Source: Balneolales bacterium (GTDB lineage: Bacteria; Bacteroidota; Rhodothermia; Balneolales; Cyclonatronaceae). Taken from it: DNA of 42,518 nucleotides. Position numbers and translations under genes: made by a program. Each line of letters begins with the position of its first letter. The first letter of the stretch is position 1. Location: assembly GCA_007125355.1 (NCBI GenBank), contig SLDG01000123.1, positions 1-42,518 on the forward strand. Reading direction: 5' to 3'. Of this stretch, positions 9,401 to 16,560 are shown in pieces. The notes beneath the pieces were generated by a model. That model saw only the letters and a list, made by a program, of their open reading frames with translations, was not told the origin of the DNA and ran no database searches.

Positions 9401-9861
9401 AGGATCAAATGGAGCGGCTTGATCAAATGGCGCGGCAACAAAATGAAATAAGGCGCCAATTACAGGAAATGCAGCGTCGTGGAGCACTAAAGCCCGGCGA
9501 CAGCCTGATGAGTGAGTTTGAGCGTTTAGCCGAGGAAATGGAAGATACCATCAATGAACTCAGAGGTGGCAGTATAGATGAATTGATGGTTGAGCGACAG
9601 CAGAATATTTTGTCCAGAATGCTGGAAGCTGAGCAAGCAATTGATCAGCGTGAAGAGGACGATGAGCGCAGAGGAGAAACCGCAGAAGAGCTCGAACGAC
9701 GTGCATCCCCTGAAATGACACTCGAAGAACTTGAGCGTGAAATAAGGAACAGGCTGCAAGATCCAAATCAAACCAAATTTACTGAAGACTATCAGCGCCT
9801 GATTCGATTATACTTCGAAATCCTGCAGGAAACCGAGGGCACCGCGCTTCCTACGCCTTAA
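6451..9861 (+). CDS. giant membrane-anchored protein with a beta-rich middle region and a roughly 600-aa E/Q/M/D-rich coiled-coil tail (DUF4175-like architecture)
   Basis: 1136 aa with a TTG start. Three predicted TM helices fall within the first ~190 aa. Residues ~200-520 have mixed composition. From ~aa 525 (nt ~8023) the sequence is strongly biased heptad-like, including a G6 run and MMQQMQDM-type Met/Gln tracts. Confidence 0.6.
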   Translation: MPLSIQPTDNEQDYQVKENKDEKQQINDYRNIVQRYRSKLNRNRILSVISGFLVAFLAIFLVFLFVEQTSWLSPLLKSVFAGAAVLAGIGAAIWIFKSLNFYREGDYYRRVTRDKNLSSLRYLLDLTAETTDDPSLLKDAAVKQNLNALNPQKVKATFAEWNKGASESSLFKTLSISTLLLLLVTAVFSWQNPNTTLRAGTFWVAYEKPNPFNYAVDPGDTLIEQGSRFYVTANFDGPKPDRVVLSFRTLVEEEFRLMPMEETTPGTFVSESIEAFSDLMYYVRMDEFRSDTFSVETSQIPRFRELVVETIPPGYTNLETQTHTYPFSRIEIPEGSEINIRAKANKDLTDVIMKRRTESNIELANDSLQIWNTTFQLAESDSIRFSLKDADGLANRNPFGFTISAIKDQYPSVRITRPELVVQKLNPESLSVSFEARDDYGFSSIHLRYEVLEGFSDATRRGSVRLSRNAPASVNSTYEWDLRPLSLQAADEVTYWIEVNDNDAFNGFKRAESARHILRATSLAEHFLDQEQREDNVDSALDDLARQSEQTREELRQLREDILQNPDDSWEQQRKVDELMDQQESMKDQLDDMMREFEQLRQELQQDDILSEDTLRKYEELQQLFEEIDDPAIQEMLEKLREGLENMDRDQIREAMENLEFNEQAHQERLERTIELLKQLRINAEMDKMAAMLEELQKLEERIMEMEDTDDQLQQQESVQQQLEELMEQFEQLPEKGPQRRQQMLQDMVQEMMPDMQDIMDRIQQNMEELGQPQPNTEQSRQQQHDISESLGQMSEQMQSFRNQMNQESMSVNIFALKTILQNLILLSDAQEELNLQTLELEPNSLAFLDHARIQRTISVNFNQVADSLMAVAKEVPQFPNFVLRQRQEVQQSLDRSMESLIERNKNNATTAERMVLGGINTLGNLVADLIDQLDDSDGNGGGGGGMSAEQMMQQMQDMSGEQQQLNQMIQDMINDMAGERLTQDQMERLDQMARQQNEIRRQLQEMQRRGALKPGDSLMSEFERLAEEMEDTINELRGGSIDELMVERQQNILSRMLEAEQAIDQREEDDERRGETAEELERRASPEMTLEELEREIRNRLQDPNQTKFTEDYQRLIRLYFEILQETEGTALPTP

Positions 9862-9881
9862 ATACAATTTTTATAAGCACT

Positions 9882-10069
9882 AAGGCTTAAGGACACAAAG
9901 TTCACAATTTTTTATAAATAAACTCTGTGTTCCCTCTGTGTCCTCTGTGGTGTAATAAAACCAGTGTTTTTATTTATCACCTTTTTTATGATCAAAACTC
10001 AGGTAAAAATATTTTCTTCGTGAAGCTTCGTGTCTTTGTGTCTTTGTGTAGGTAAATTTGTCTAAGCCT
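9882..10069. repeat. composite inverted-repeat element filling the convergent intergenic gap (GTGTCTTTGTGTC-type motif); probable bidirectional terminator
   Basis: AGGCTTA (9883-9889) pairs with TAAGCCT (10063-10069). GACACAAAG (9892-9900) pairs with CTTTGTGTC (10034-10042). An internal related direct motif CTCTGTGTTCCCTCTGTGTCCTCTGTGG lies at 9923-9950. The 15-nt GTGTCTTTGTGTCTT (10030-10044) recurs at 30660-30674. Confidence 0.6.
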
Positions 10070-11555
10070 AAAACTCATCATCTTTAAAGTTTCCCAACGA
10101 ACCAAGCATGCTGCCCACCATATCGGTGTATTTTGTTTGGTTATCGAGGTCGTCTTTTCCAAGAATTGAGTTTTGATGCAGAGCCTCAATCAGAAAATCC
10201 ATTAATACCAGTTTCTCTTCTTTCTGTTGAATCTTGGTATATTTTTCCACAACCTCCTCCAGTCCGTCAACCTGCAATAACTGCTTTTCATACATTTTGT
10301 AAGGCATTTCATCACTAATTTCTACCGTGTTACCTTTGCTGAACCAGCTTACTATATCGGCATAGGCCTTATCGTTATCATTTTTCTTTTGTGGATCAGG
10401 GAAGTACTTTTTGAACACAGAGTTTATAGACTTACCAATTAAATGTTTGGCTACATTTATCGCACCTTCCTGCTCGCCTTCATATACCAATTCGAGCTTA
10501 CCCGTCAGTGCTGGAATGGCATGGTATAAGTCGCAAATTCTCAATACAGGTTTCTCTTTTTCAGATAAAAGTATTCTTCTTTCCGCCGATGACACAATTT
10601 GCTCCATCGCAGTAATGGTCATACGCGCCGACACTCCACTCTTTTGATCGATAAATTCAGACTCTCTTGCTTCAAAAGCGATTTGCTCGACAATTTCTTT
10701 CATGAAATGGGGAATTACAATATTACTGTCAGCTCTCTGAACCCAGGCTTCCTGTTCGGTAATTTGAATTCCCGTTTCAATATCTTTGGGATAATGCGTA
10801 ATAATCTGTGAATCAATGCGGTCTTTAAGAGGGGTGATTATATTTCCCCTGTTTGTATAGTCCTCGGGATTGGCTGAAAACACCATTGCCACATCCAAAG
10901 GAATGCGAATGTTGAATCCACGAATTTGGATGTCTCTCTCCTGCATAATATTCAACAATGCCACCTGAATTCTCGGCTGCAGATCAGGTAGCTCATTAAT
11001 CGCGAAAATGCCGCGATTCGCACGGGGAATTAATCCATAGTTGATGACTGATTCGTCACTTAATGCTTTTTTAAGTGTTGCTGCTTTTATGGGATCAATA
11101 TCCCCAATCAAATCGGCTACAGTAGTGTCAGGCGTTGCCAGTTTTTCGGCGTAACGCTCAGAGCGATGCACCCAGCTGATGGGTGTTTCATCACCTTTTT
11201 CAGCAATAATTTCTTTCGCTTGAGCAGAAATTGGATTGAAAGGATCTTCTCTGAGCCCGGTGCCACTGATATACGGCATCCATTCATCAAGCAGTGTATA
11301 AAGACTTCTTAGAATTCGGGTTTTTGCTTGTCCACGTAAACCAAGCAGAATTATATCATGCCTCGAAAGTATAGCATGTTTAATTTGCGGGATTACAGTT
11401 TTTTCATATCCTCTGACACCTTCAAAAAGAGGGCGCTTTTCGCGGATAGCTTGTTTTAAATTCTCTCTTAATTCATCCTTCAGTGGCCTTGAAACCCACC
11501 CGGACGATTTTAGTTCTTTTATGGTCGTAATTTCAGGTGCTTTTTGCACGTACAA
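10068..11555 (-). CDS. AAA+ ATPase of the BchI/ChlI (Mg-chelatase subunit I)/MoxR-like type
   Basis: 495 aa. Walker A is GLRGQAKT. The segment ANRGIFAINELPDL...VFSANPEDY...PLKDRI aligns with the BchI Walker B/sensor region. TTG start. Confidence 0.75.
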   Translation of the reverse strand: MYVQKAPEITTIKELKSSGWVSRPLKDELRENLKQAIREKRPLFEGVRGYEKTVIPQIKHAILSRHDIILLGLRGQAKTRILRSLYTLLDEWMPYISGTGLREDPFNPISAQAKEIIAEKGDETPISWVHRSERYAEKLATPDTTVADLIGDIDPIKAATLKKALSDESVINYGLIPRANRGIFAINELPDLQPRIQVALLNIMQERDIQIRGFNIRIPLDVAMVFSANPEDYTNRGNIITPLKDRIDSQIITHYPKDIETGIQITEQEAWVQRADSNIVIPHFMKEIVEQIAFEARESEFIDQKSGVSARMTITAMEQIVSSAERRILLSEKEKPVLRICDLYHAIPALTGKLELVYEGEQEGAINVAKHLIGKSINSVFKKYFPDPQKKNDNDKAYADIVSWFSKGNTVEISDEMPYKMYEKQLLQVDGLEEVVEKYTKIQQKEEKLVLMDFLIEALHQNSILGKDDLDNQTKYTDMVGSMLGSLGNFKDDEF

Positions 11556-11693
11556 TCTCCGATTATATTAATTAATATTCTATTGATTAAAACCAGAGAT
11601 GTGTATTTTTAATTCAGATGGGAATGAGAAAAAGTTTTGGGTTGCTGGGCATTTCTTCAGGTTAATACAGTTTTTAAGCTGCCTAAATCCCAA

Positions 11694-12257
11694 TCAACGA
11701 TTTCGCAGGTTCTCTATTACCTGACTAATCATTTGATAATCGCGTTCGGGGCCTCTTGAACCGGCTTCGTCTTTGTAGAATGTGCCGTCGGGAGCAACGT
11801 ATACTTTGTAGGGTATGCCACGAATATTGAGTTTGTTAGCCAAAGCCGTTGCGTGTACGTAATAGAAAGTGTAATCATGGCTATTCTTAAATCTCAACAC
11901 ATCATCCTTGCTGTCACTCCAAAGCGGGGATGTTGCCAATACGACGAAATCATCAGAATATTCATTCATCAAGCGGTCGAGCGTAGGCATGGACGCGAGG
12001 CAGGGTGCGCACCATGTTTCCCAAAAATCAATGAGGACGGTTTTTCCCTTAAATTCTGTTATCGAAATCTCATTTCCATCGAAATCATAAAATACTGCGG
12101 CCTCAATAGCGTCAATTTTGTCTTGACTCAGTGAGCTTGAAGGTGTCGCAACATCATTGCCATTAGATACTTCTTCATTAGAGCTTCCACCGCAAGCGGT
12201 AAGGGTTAAAGCAATTATAGCTACAAGAAAGTATGTAATCAAATTTTTTACAGTCAT
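11694..12257 (-). CDS. TlpA-family thiol:disulfide oxidoreductase lipoprotein
   Basis: 187 aa. The signal peptide ends in a lipobox-like LTLTAC, and the thioredoxin-fold active site is WETWCAPC. Confidence 0.85.
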   Translation of the reverse strand: MTVKNLITYFLVAIIALTLTACGGSSNEEVSNGNDVATPSSSLSQDKIDAIEAAVFYDFDGNEISITEFKGKTVLIDFWETWCAPCLASMPTLDRLMNEYSDDFVVLATSPLWSDSKDDVLRFKNSHDYTFYYVHATALANKLNIRGIPYKVYVAPDGTFYKDEAGSRGPERDYQMISQVIENLRNR

Positions 12258-12269
12258 AATATTAAATGG

Positions 12270-13424
12270 TTAGCTGAATATATTTTTAATTCGTGAAAAG
12301 AATCCGTTGGATGCATCCGCATGTTTAACGGGATCGAAATTCTCGGCATTTTTCAAAACCGAAATAGCTTCCCGTTCCTCATCGGTCAGTTTTTGGGGAA
12401 CAAAAACATTCACCCTAACATATTGATCTCCCCGCGAAAATGAATTTAACCCTTGAATGCCTTTTTCTTTCATTCTGAGCATTTTGCCGGGTTGCGTTCC
12501 GGATTCTATTTTCAACTTGGCTTTACCTTTTAACGTCGGAACTTCTACTTCGGTTCCTAAAATAGCATCGGGAATACTCACTTGCAGATCATAGAATATG
12601 TGATCGCCTTCTCGTTCAAAGTACTCATGTTCTTGTTCTTCAATCAAGATAATGACGCTTCCACTTTCTCCGCCTCTGAATCCTGCATTCCCCTGTCCTC
12701 TCAGAGTGATGTAATTACCGTTCGTAACACCTGATGGTATTTTTACTGTGATGGTTTCTTCGCCCTTCACGCGGCCATCGCCATTACAGGCCTTACACTT
12801 ATTCCGAATGGTGCGTCCTTCTCCATTACAAGTAGGGCAAGGCTGTACATTCACAAAAGAGCCAAACATCGTTCTCGAAACTTGTCTGTACTCGCCAGTT
12901 CCGCTACATGTAGAGCAAGTCATAAAATCAGATTCGGTGGCGGCACCTGTACCCCTGCATTCCTTGCACTTTACAAACTTCTTGATTTTTATTTTCTTTT
13001 CTGTACCCTCGGCAATTTCTTCAAGCGTGAGTTTAAGCCTAATTTTCATGTCATCTCCGGGGATACCGGCACTTCTTCGGGAACGTGACCTGCCCCGTTG
13101 GCCTCCTCCGAAAATATCCCCCCCAAAAATATCACCAAAGCGGCTGAAAATATCCTCAAAATCAACATTCTGGAAATCCGGTTCATTGAATCCACCTGAA
13201 CGCATTCCGGCATGCCCATATCTATCGTAACGCGCTTTTTTATTAGGATCTTTCAGTACATCAAACGCTTCAGCTGCCTCTTTGAACTTTTTTTCAGCTT
13301 CAGGGTCATCCGGATTCCGGTCGGGATGATACTTCATCGCCATTTTGCGATACGCTTTTTTTATTTGTTCAGTACCAGCATCCCTGTCAATACCTAATAC
13401 TTCGTAATAGTCTCTTTTACTCAT
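12270..13424 (-). CDS. dnaJ: molecular chaperone DnaJ
   Basis: Has the J-domain (DYYEVLG...HPDRN), a G/F-rich linker and four CxxCxGxG zinc motifs. The ORF-track start at 13427 is TTG; the next codon is ATG (13424), which I prefer. Confidence 0.95.
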   Translation of the reverse strand: MSKRDYYEVLGIDRDAGTEQIKKAYRKMAMKYHPDRNPDDPEAEKKFKEAAEAFDVLKDPNKKARYDRYGHAGMRSGGFNEPDFQNVDFEDIFSRFGDIFGGDIFGGGQRGRSRSRRSAGIPGDDMKIRLKLTLEEIAEGTEKKIKIKKFVKCKECRGTGAATESDFMTCSTCSGTGEYRQVSRTMFGSFVNVQPCPTCNGEGRTIRNKCKACNGDGRVKGEETITVKIPSGVTNGNYITLRGQGNAGFRGGESGSVIILIEEQEHEYFEREGDHIFYDLQVSIPDAILGTEVEVPTLKGKAKLKIESGTQPGKMLRMKEKGIQGLNSFSRGDQYVRVNVFVPQKLTDEEREAISVLKNAENFDPVKHADASNGFFSRIKNIFS

Positions 13425-13427
13425 CAA

Positions 13428-14006
13428 TTACTCGCTTACAATTACTTTTGCATGTCTTATAATTTTATCACCGAGCTTATATCCACTCTCGAGAACCTGT
13501 AACACAGTATTGCTTTCAACATTATCGCCGCCCGGCTGTTTCATGAGCGCATCATGATATTCAACATCAAAAGGTATACCAGCCTGATCTATTCGCTCGA
13601 CACCATAATGATCGATTACATTTTTGAACTTATTTCTAATGAGTTCAACCCCTTCAATAAAAGGATTTTTTTCTTTGTCTTTAACCGACTCTAATGTTCG
13701 CTCGAGATCGTCATAAATCGGCAAAAATTGCTCTAATGCATTAATTTTTGCATCATCGAATAATTGAATACGCTCTTTCTGTGTCCTGCGCTTCAGATTT
13801 TCGAACTCAGCTACTTTTCTAAGAGCCAAGTCTGTTTTCTGCTCGAGTTGGCCTTGCAGTGTCTCTATTTGCTGCTCGAGCGCTTCAACTGTATCTCTCA
13901 ATTCCTCAGTTTCATCCATGTACTCCGATGATTCACTCTCATTAACTACGGCCTCATCCTGATTTGCCGCGTCATTTAATTCATCTTTTTCTTTCTTGTT
14001 ACTCAT
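13428..14006 (-). CDS. grpE: nucleotide exchange factor GrpE
   Basis: Acidic N-terminus, a coiled coil and the C-terminal GrpE signature (LRKVAEFENLKRR ... GYKLGDKIIRHAKV). The ORF-track start at 14012 is TTG; the ATG at 14006 is preferred. Lies directly upstream of dnaJ. Confidence 0.93.
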   Translation of the reverse strand: MSNKKEKDELNDAANQDEAVVNESESSEYMDETEELRDTVEALEQQIETLQGQLEQKTDLALRKVAEFENLKRRTQKERIQLFDDAKINALEQFLPIYDDLERTLESVKDKEKNPFIEGVELIRNKFKNVIDHYGVERIDQAGIPFDVEYHDALMKQPGGDNVESNTVLQVLESGYKLGDKIIRHAKVIVSE

Positions 14007-14215
14007 ATCCAAAAGTTTCGGGTGTTTTCAGTGTAATTCTGACTTAACTATTTTGCTCTTGCAAAACCATTGGAGGTTTGCATCAGCATATAAATTTCTA
14101 TGTAAAGATTCTAATATATCGTTTAAATCTTAACTTGGTAATATACGGATTTTTGGGTGGATTTGCGAGATTGCGATGGTGATATTGGCAGGTTTTCGTT
14201 TTGATGTGGTAGATG

Positions 14216-14243
14216 GTAGAGACGCGATTAATCGCGTCTCTAC
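14216..14243 (-). terminator. perfect 28-nt palindrome GTAGAGACGCGA-TTAA-TCGCGTCTCTAC (copy 2 of 2), probable terminator downstream of the VOC gene
   Basis: Perfect 12-bp arms. Begins 32 nt after the stop of the 14275-14655 gene on the minus strand. Same family as 396-423. Confidence 0.6.
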
Positions 14244-14274
14244 AGATACATATAAATGTATATATTTCAATTAT

Positions 14275-14655
14275 TTATGATTCATGGAATATTTCAATCA
14301 TATTCCCATCAGGATCGGTGATGAACACGAAACGTCCGTTTTTCCTGTTAGCAGGTCCGCTGATGATGGTTACCTCTCTTTCTTTCATGAAAGCGGCAAC
14401 TTCATCCACGATTTCCGGTTTTGGTACTGTAAATCCGAAATGATCTACTCTGTAGTCTCTTGATGTTTTATCATAGCTTGTTTCGGCTTCTACAAGCACT
14501 ATACTGTCGGTGCCGATTCTGTATACCGCCATGCTTTTACCCATTTTCTTTTCGAGTTTAAAGCCGAGTAAGTCCCCGTAGAATTCTTCTGCTTTTACAA
14601 TGTCATTTACGCGAAGCGTGATGTGATTTAATCCGGTTGGTTTAAAATTTTTCAT
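14275..14655 (-). CDS. VOC family protein (glyoxalase/bleomycin-resistance/dioxygenase fold)
   Basis: 126 aa. LNHITLRVNDIVKAEEFYGDLLGF and a C-terminal DPDGNMIE are typical VOC-domain motifs. Confidence 0.8.
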   Translation of the reverse strand: MKNFKPTGLNHITLRVNDIVKAEEFYGDLLGFKLEKKMGKSMAVYRIGTDSIVLVEAETSYDKTSRDYRVDHFGFTVPKPEIVDEVAAFMKEREVTIISGPANRKNGRFVFITDPDGNMIEIFHES

Positions 14656-14741
14656 GGTATATCATTCTGTTTAATAATTTCAAATGCGAAGTCGAGACTT
14701 CAATACTTTTCGAAATCTAACACCCAACGCATGTTATTAGT

Positions 14742-15689
14742 TCATCTGATATCGTCTAAGGCATTGAGCAAGAACAACCTGAGAAATCTGTCGTTCCAGT
14801 GCCAGGTATGCTCTGCTTCGGAATGAAATGCTACACGGTTAAAACCTGCAGTGATGCCTGAGTCACGAAGTAAATCCACAAAGTATCGGGTTCTTTCGAG
14901 GTTACCCTTGTTACCATCAGCGGCAGCGCTTCTAACCCAAAAAGTAGTTTCAGAAAGCTCGTGGTAAGTTACCGGGTCTGCATTCTTTATCAGCTCAGTG
15001 GGATTCCAGTATCTTAGTGCTTGTGCCGTACGGTCTTCGGGTTTTCCCAATGCGGCATCAAAAACCGGGCTCTCGCACCAAATTGTATCTTTCTCACCGG
15101 TTCTGATATCAATTTGAGAATCATACATGTGCAGGCCATCATAGATACCAACATCATCGAAATAACCGGGCAAGCCGGCTGCGAGCATCGAAGCGGTATA
15201 TCCCCCGAGAGAAAATCCCGCTGTAAGGCGTTTCCCGTTTTGCAACCATTTGCCGTACCTGGCTTCTATGTATGGGATTAGCTCAAGCGTTAGGAAATCC
15301 CAAAACCTCCCGGTACCAAGACCCGCCCGCGGTTCAGGCAGATTTCCCATCATGTTGATTCCCAATGAATGCGTTTTATTGTCTATAGAGCATAAACCCG
15401 GCATTATTGCTGCTACAGGTGGAATCTTGCCACTTACGATTAATGCATCGAGATCTTCTATTGACGTTCTCTCACGGGATTCATCTTCGTCGATATTCAC
15501 CCACTCACGTTCATGCCCCCTGAAGAAATATGCCAAGTGTACCTCAGGCTGCTTCCTTAAATCAGGTGGTTCGTAAATAAAAACCGGCTGAGAAATTCCA
15601 AGTGACCTCGACCTGAACGGCAATAGTCTCAGGGCACCTTTTATCCGCGTTTTATGGCGGGCAAGGATATTCCTGTGAAGCGGAGTCAT
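14742..15689 (-). CDS. esterase-family alpha/beta hydrolase (esterase D / enterochelin-esterase-like, PF00756-type)
   Basis: 315 aa. The nucleophile elbow is GFSLGG and the C-terminal His context is EHTWHW. The start codon directly abuts the stop of the upstream gene (0-nt gap). Confidence 0.7.
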   Translation of the reverse strand: MTPLHRNILARHKTRIKGALRLLPFRSRSLGISQPVFIYEPPDLRKQPEVHLAYFFRGHEREWVNIDEDESRERTSIEDLDALIVSGKIPPVAAIMPGLCSIDNKTHSLGINMMGNLPEPRAGLGTGRFWDFLTLELIPYIEARYGKWLQNGKRLTAGFSLGGYTASMLAAGLPGYFDDVGIYDGLHMYDSQIDIRTGEKDTIWCESPVFDAALGKPEDRTAQALRYWNPTELIKNADPVTYHELSETTFWVRSAAADGNKGNLERTRYFVDLLRDSGITAGFNRVAFHSEAEHTWHWNDRFLRLFLLNALDDIR

Positions 15690-16556
15690 TTATCTTACGG
15701 GTTGAGCGGTTTCGAAAGCACCCGCTAATTCCGGCCTGTTTTCTTTAACAGCACGTTTAAGAAATCCGGGGATGACTGTTTTGTAAGTAGCATCGATATA
15801 CTGTGGCTTTTTAAGCCGCTCGATGATAATATCATATTTTTTCTGACCATGCTCTTCAATAATTTTAGCCTTTTGTTCCGGCTTACTGAAATGAAATAGC
15901 ATACCATCGGGGTCAGCTTCCGGATGAAACTGTACCGCTACCATTTGCTTTAATAGCCTTATGGCCATAACCGCCCGTTCCAGTTTTACATGCGGCCTTT
16001 CTTTTTCAATACAAAGAATTTGAGCACCCATTTCGTCCATCAGGTCTTTTCGTGGTTGTAAAACCTGCCATTCTCTGAAATCAGCGGCATAAAATGGATC
16101 TTTCAGGCCTTCAAACAAAGGGTCTGATTTACCGGCTTCTGTTTTATTTACTTTATACATTCCAAAGGCTGGAGAACGCCTTTCAGTAACTTCAGCAAAC
16201 TCAAAATGCCTTGCAACCATCTGATAAGAGTGGCAAATAAAAAGTCCGTACTTAGGTGGTTGACTTTTACCGGCATTGTAACGCCACAAATCATCCAGAA
16301 AATTGAAGTAGTTTTTCTCCCATGTAAGCCCCTCGCTGTCGAACGGGCTTCCTGGCCCGCCGGTTGAGATGTAAATATCGTATGATAGATCGGGGATTTC
16401 ATTTTTGTATCGGGCTTGATACACATTAAATTCAATGGGTACATTAAAATAAGCGCCTGAAGCATCTGCAAGCAGGTTTTTTATGCAGCGCATTCCTTGA
16501 TTCGGGATATTATTGTATAAATCAATAATTGCTGCTCTAATGGGTTTTGGTGTCAT
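15690..16556 (-). CDS. class I glutamine amidotransferase-like protein (possible gamma-glutamyl/amide hydrolase)
   Basis: Cys nucleophile lies in GLFICHSYQ (Cys codon 16233-16235), and His-Glu in VQFHPE. The ATG at 16556 is 4 nt after the upstream stop. The longer ORF-track start (16601) overlaps the upstream gene and adds a non-homologous Cys-rich tail. Confidence 0.7.
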   Translation of the reverse strand: MTPKPIRAAIIDLYNNIPNQGMRCIKNLLADASGAYFNVPIEFNVYQARYKNEIPDLSYDIYISTGGPGSPFDSEGLTWEKNYFNFLDDLWRYNAGKSQPPKYGLFICHSYQMVARHFEFAEVTERRSPAFGMYKVNKTEAGKSDPLFEGLKDPFYAADFREWQVLQPRKDLMDEMGAQILCIEKERPHVKLERAVMAIRLLKQMVAVQFHPEADPDGMLFHFSKPEQKAKIIEEHGQKKYDIIIERLKKPQYIDATYKTVIPGFLKRAVKENRPELAGAFETAQPVR

Positions 16557-16560
16557 CTTC

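Noticed and set aside
9923-10050. Short tandem-like words (CTCTGTG / CTTTGTGT) considered as a possible CRISPR or minisatellite
   Set aside because: The units are 7-9 nt and degenerate. There are no 25-40-nt repeats with unique spacers and no cas genes, so a palindromic intergenic element describes it better.
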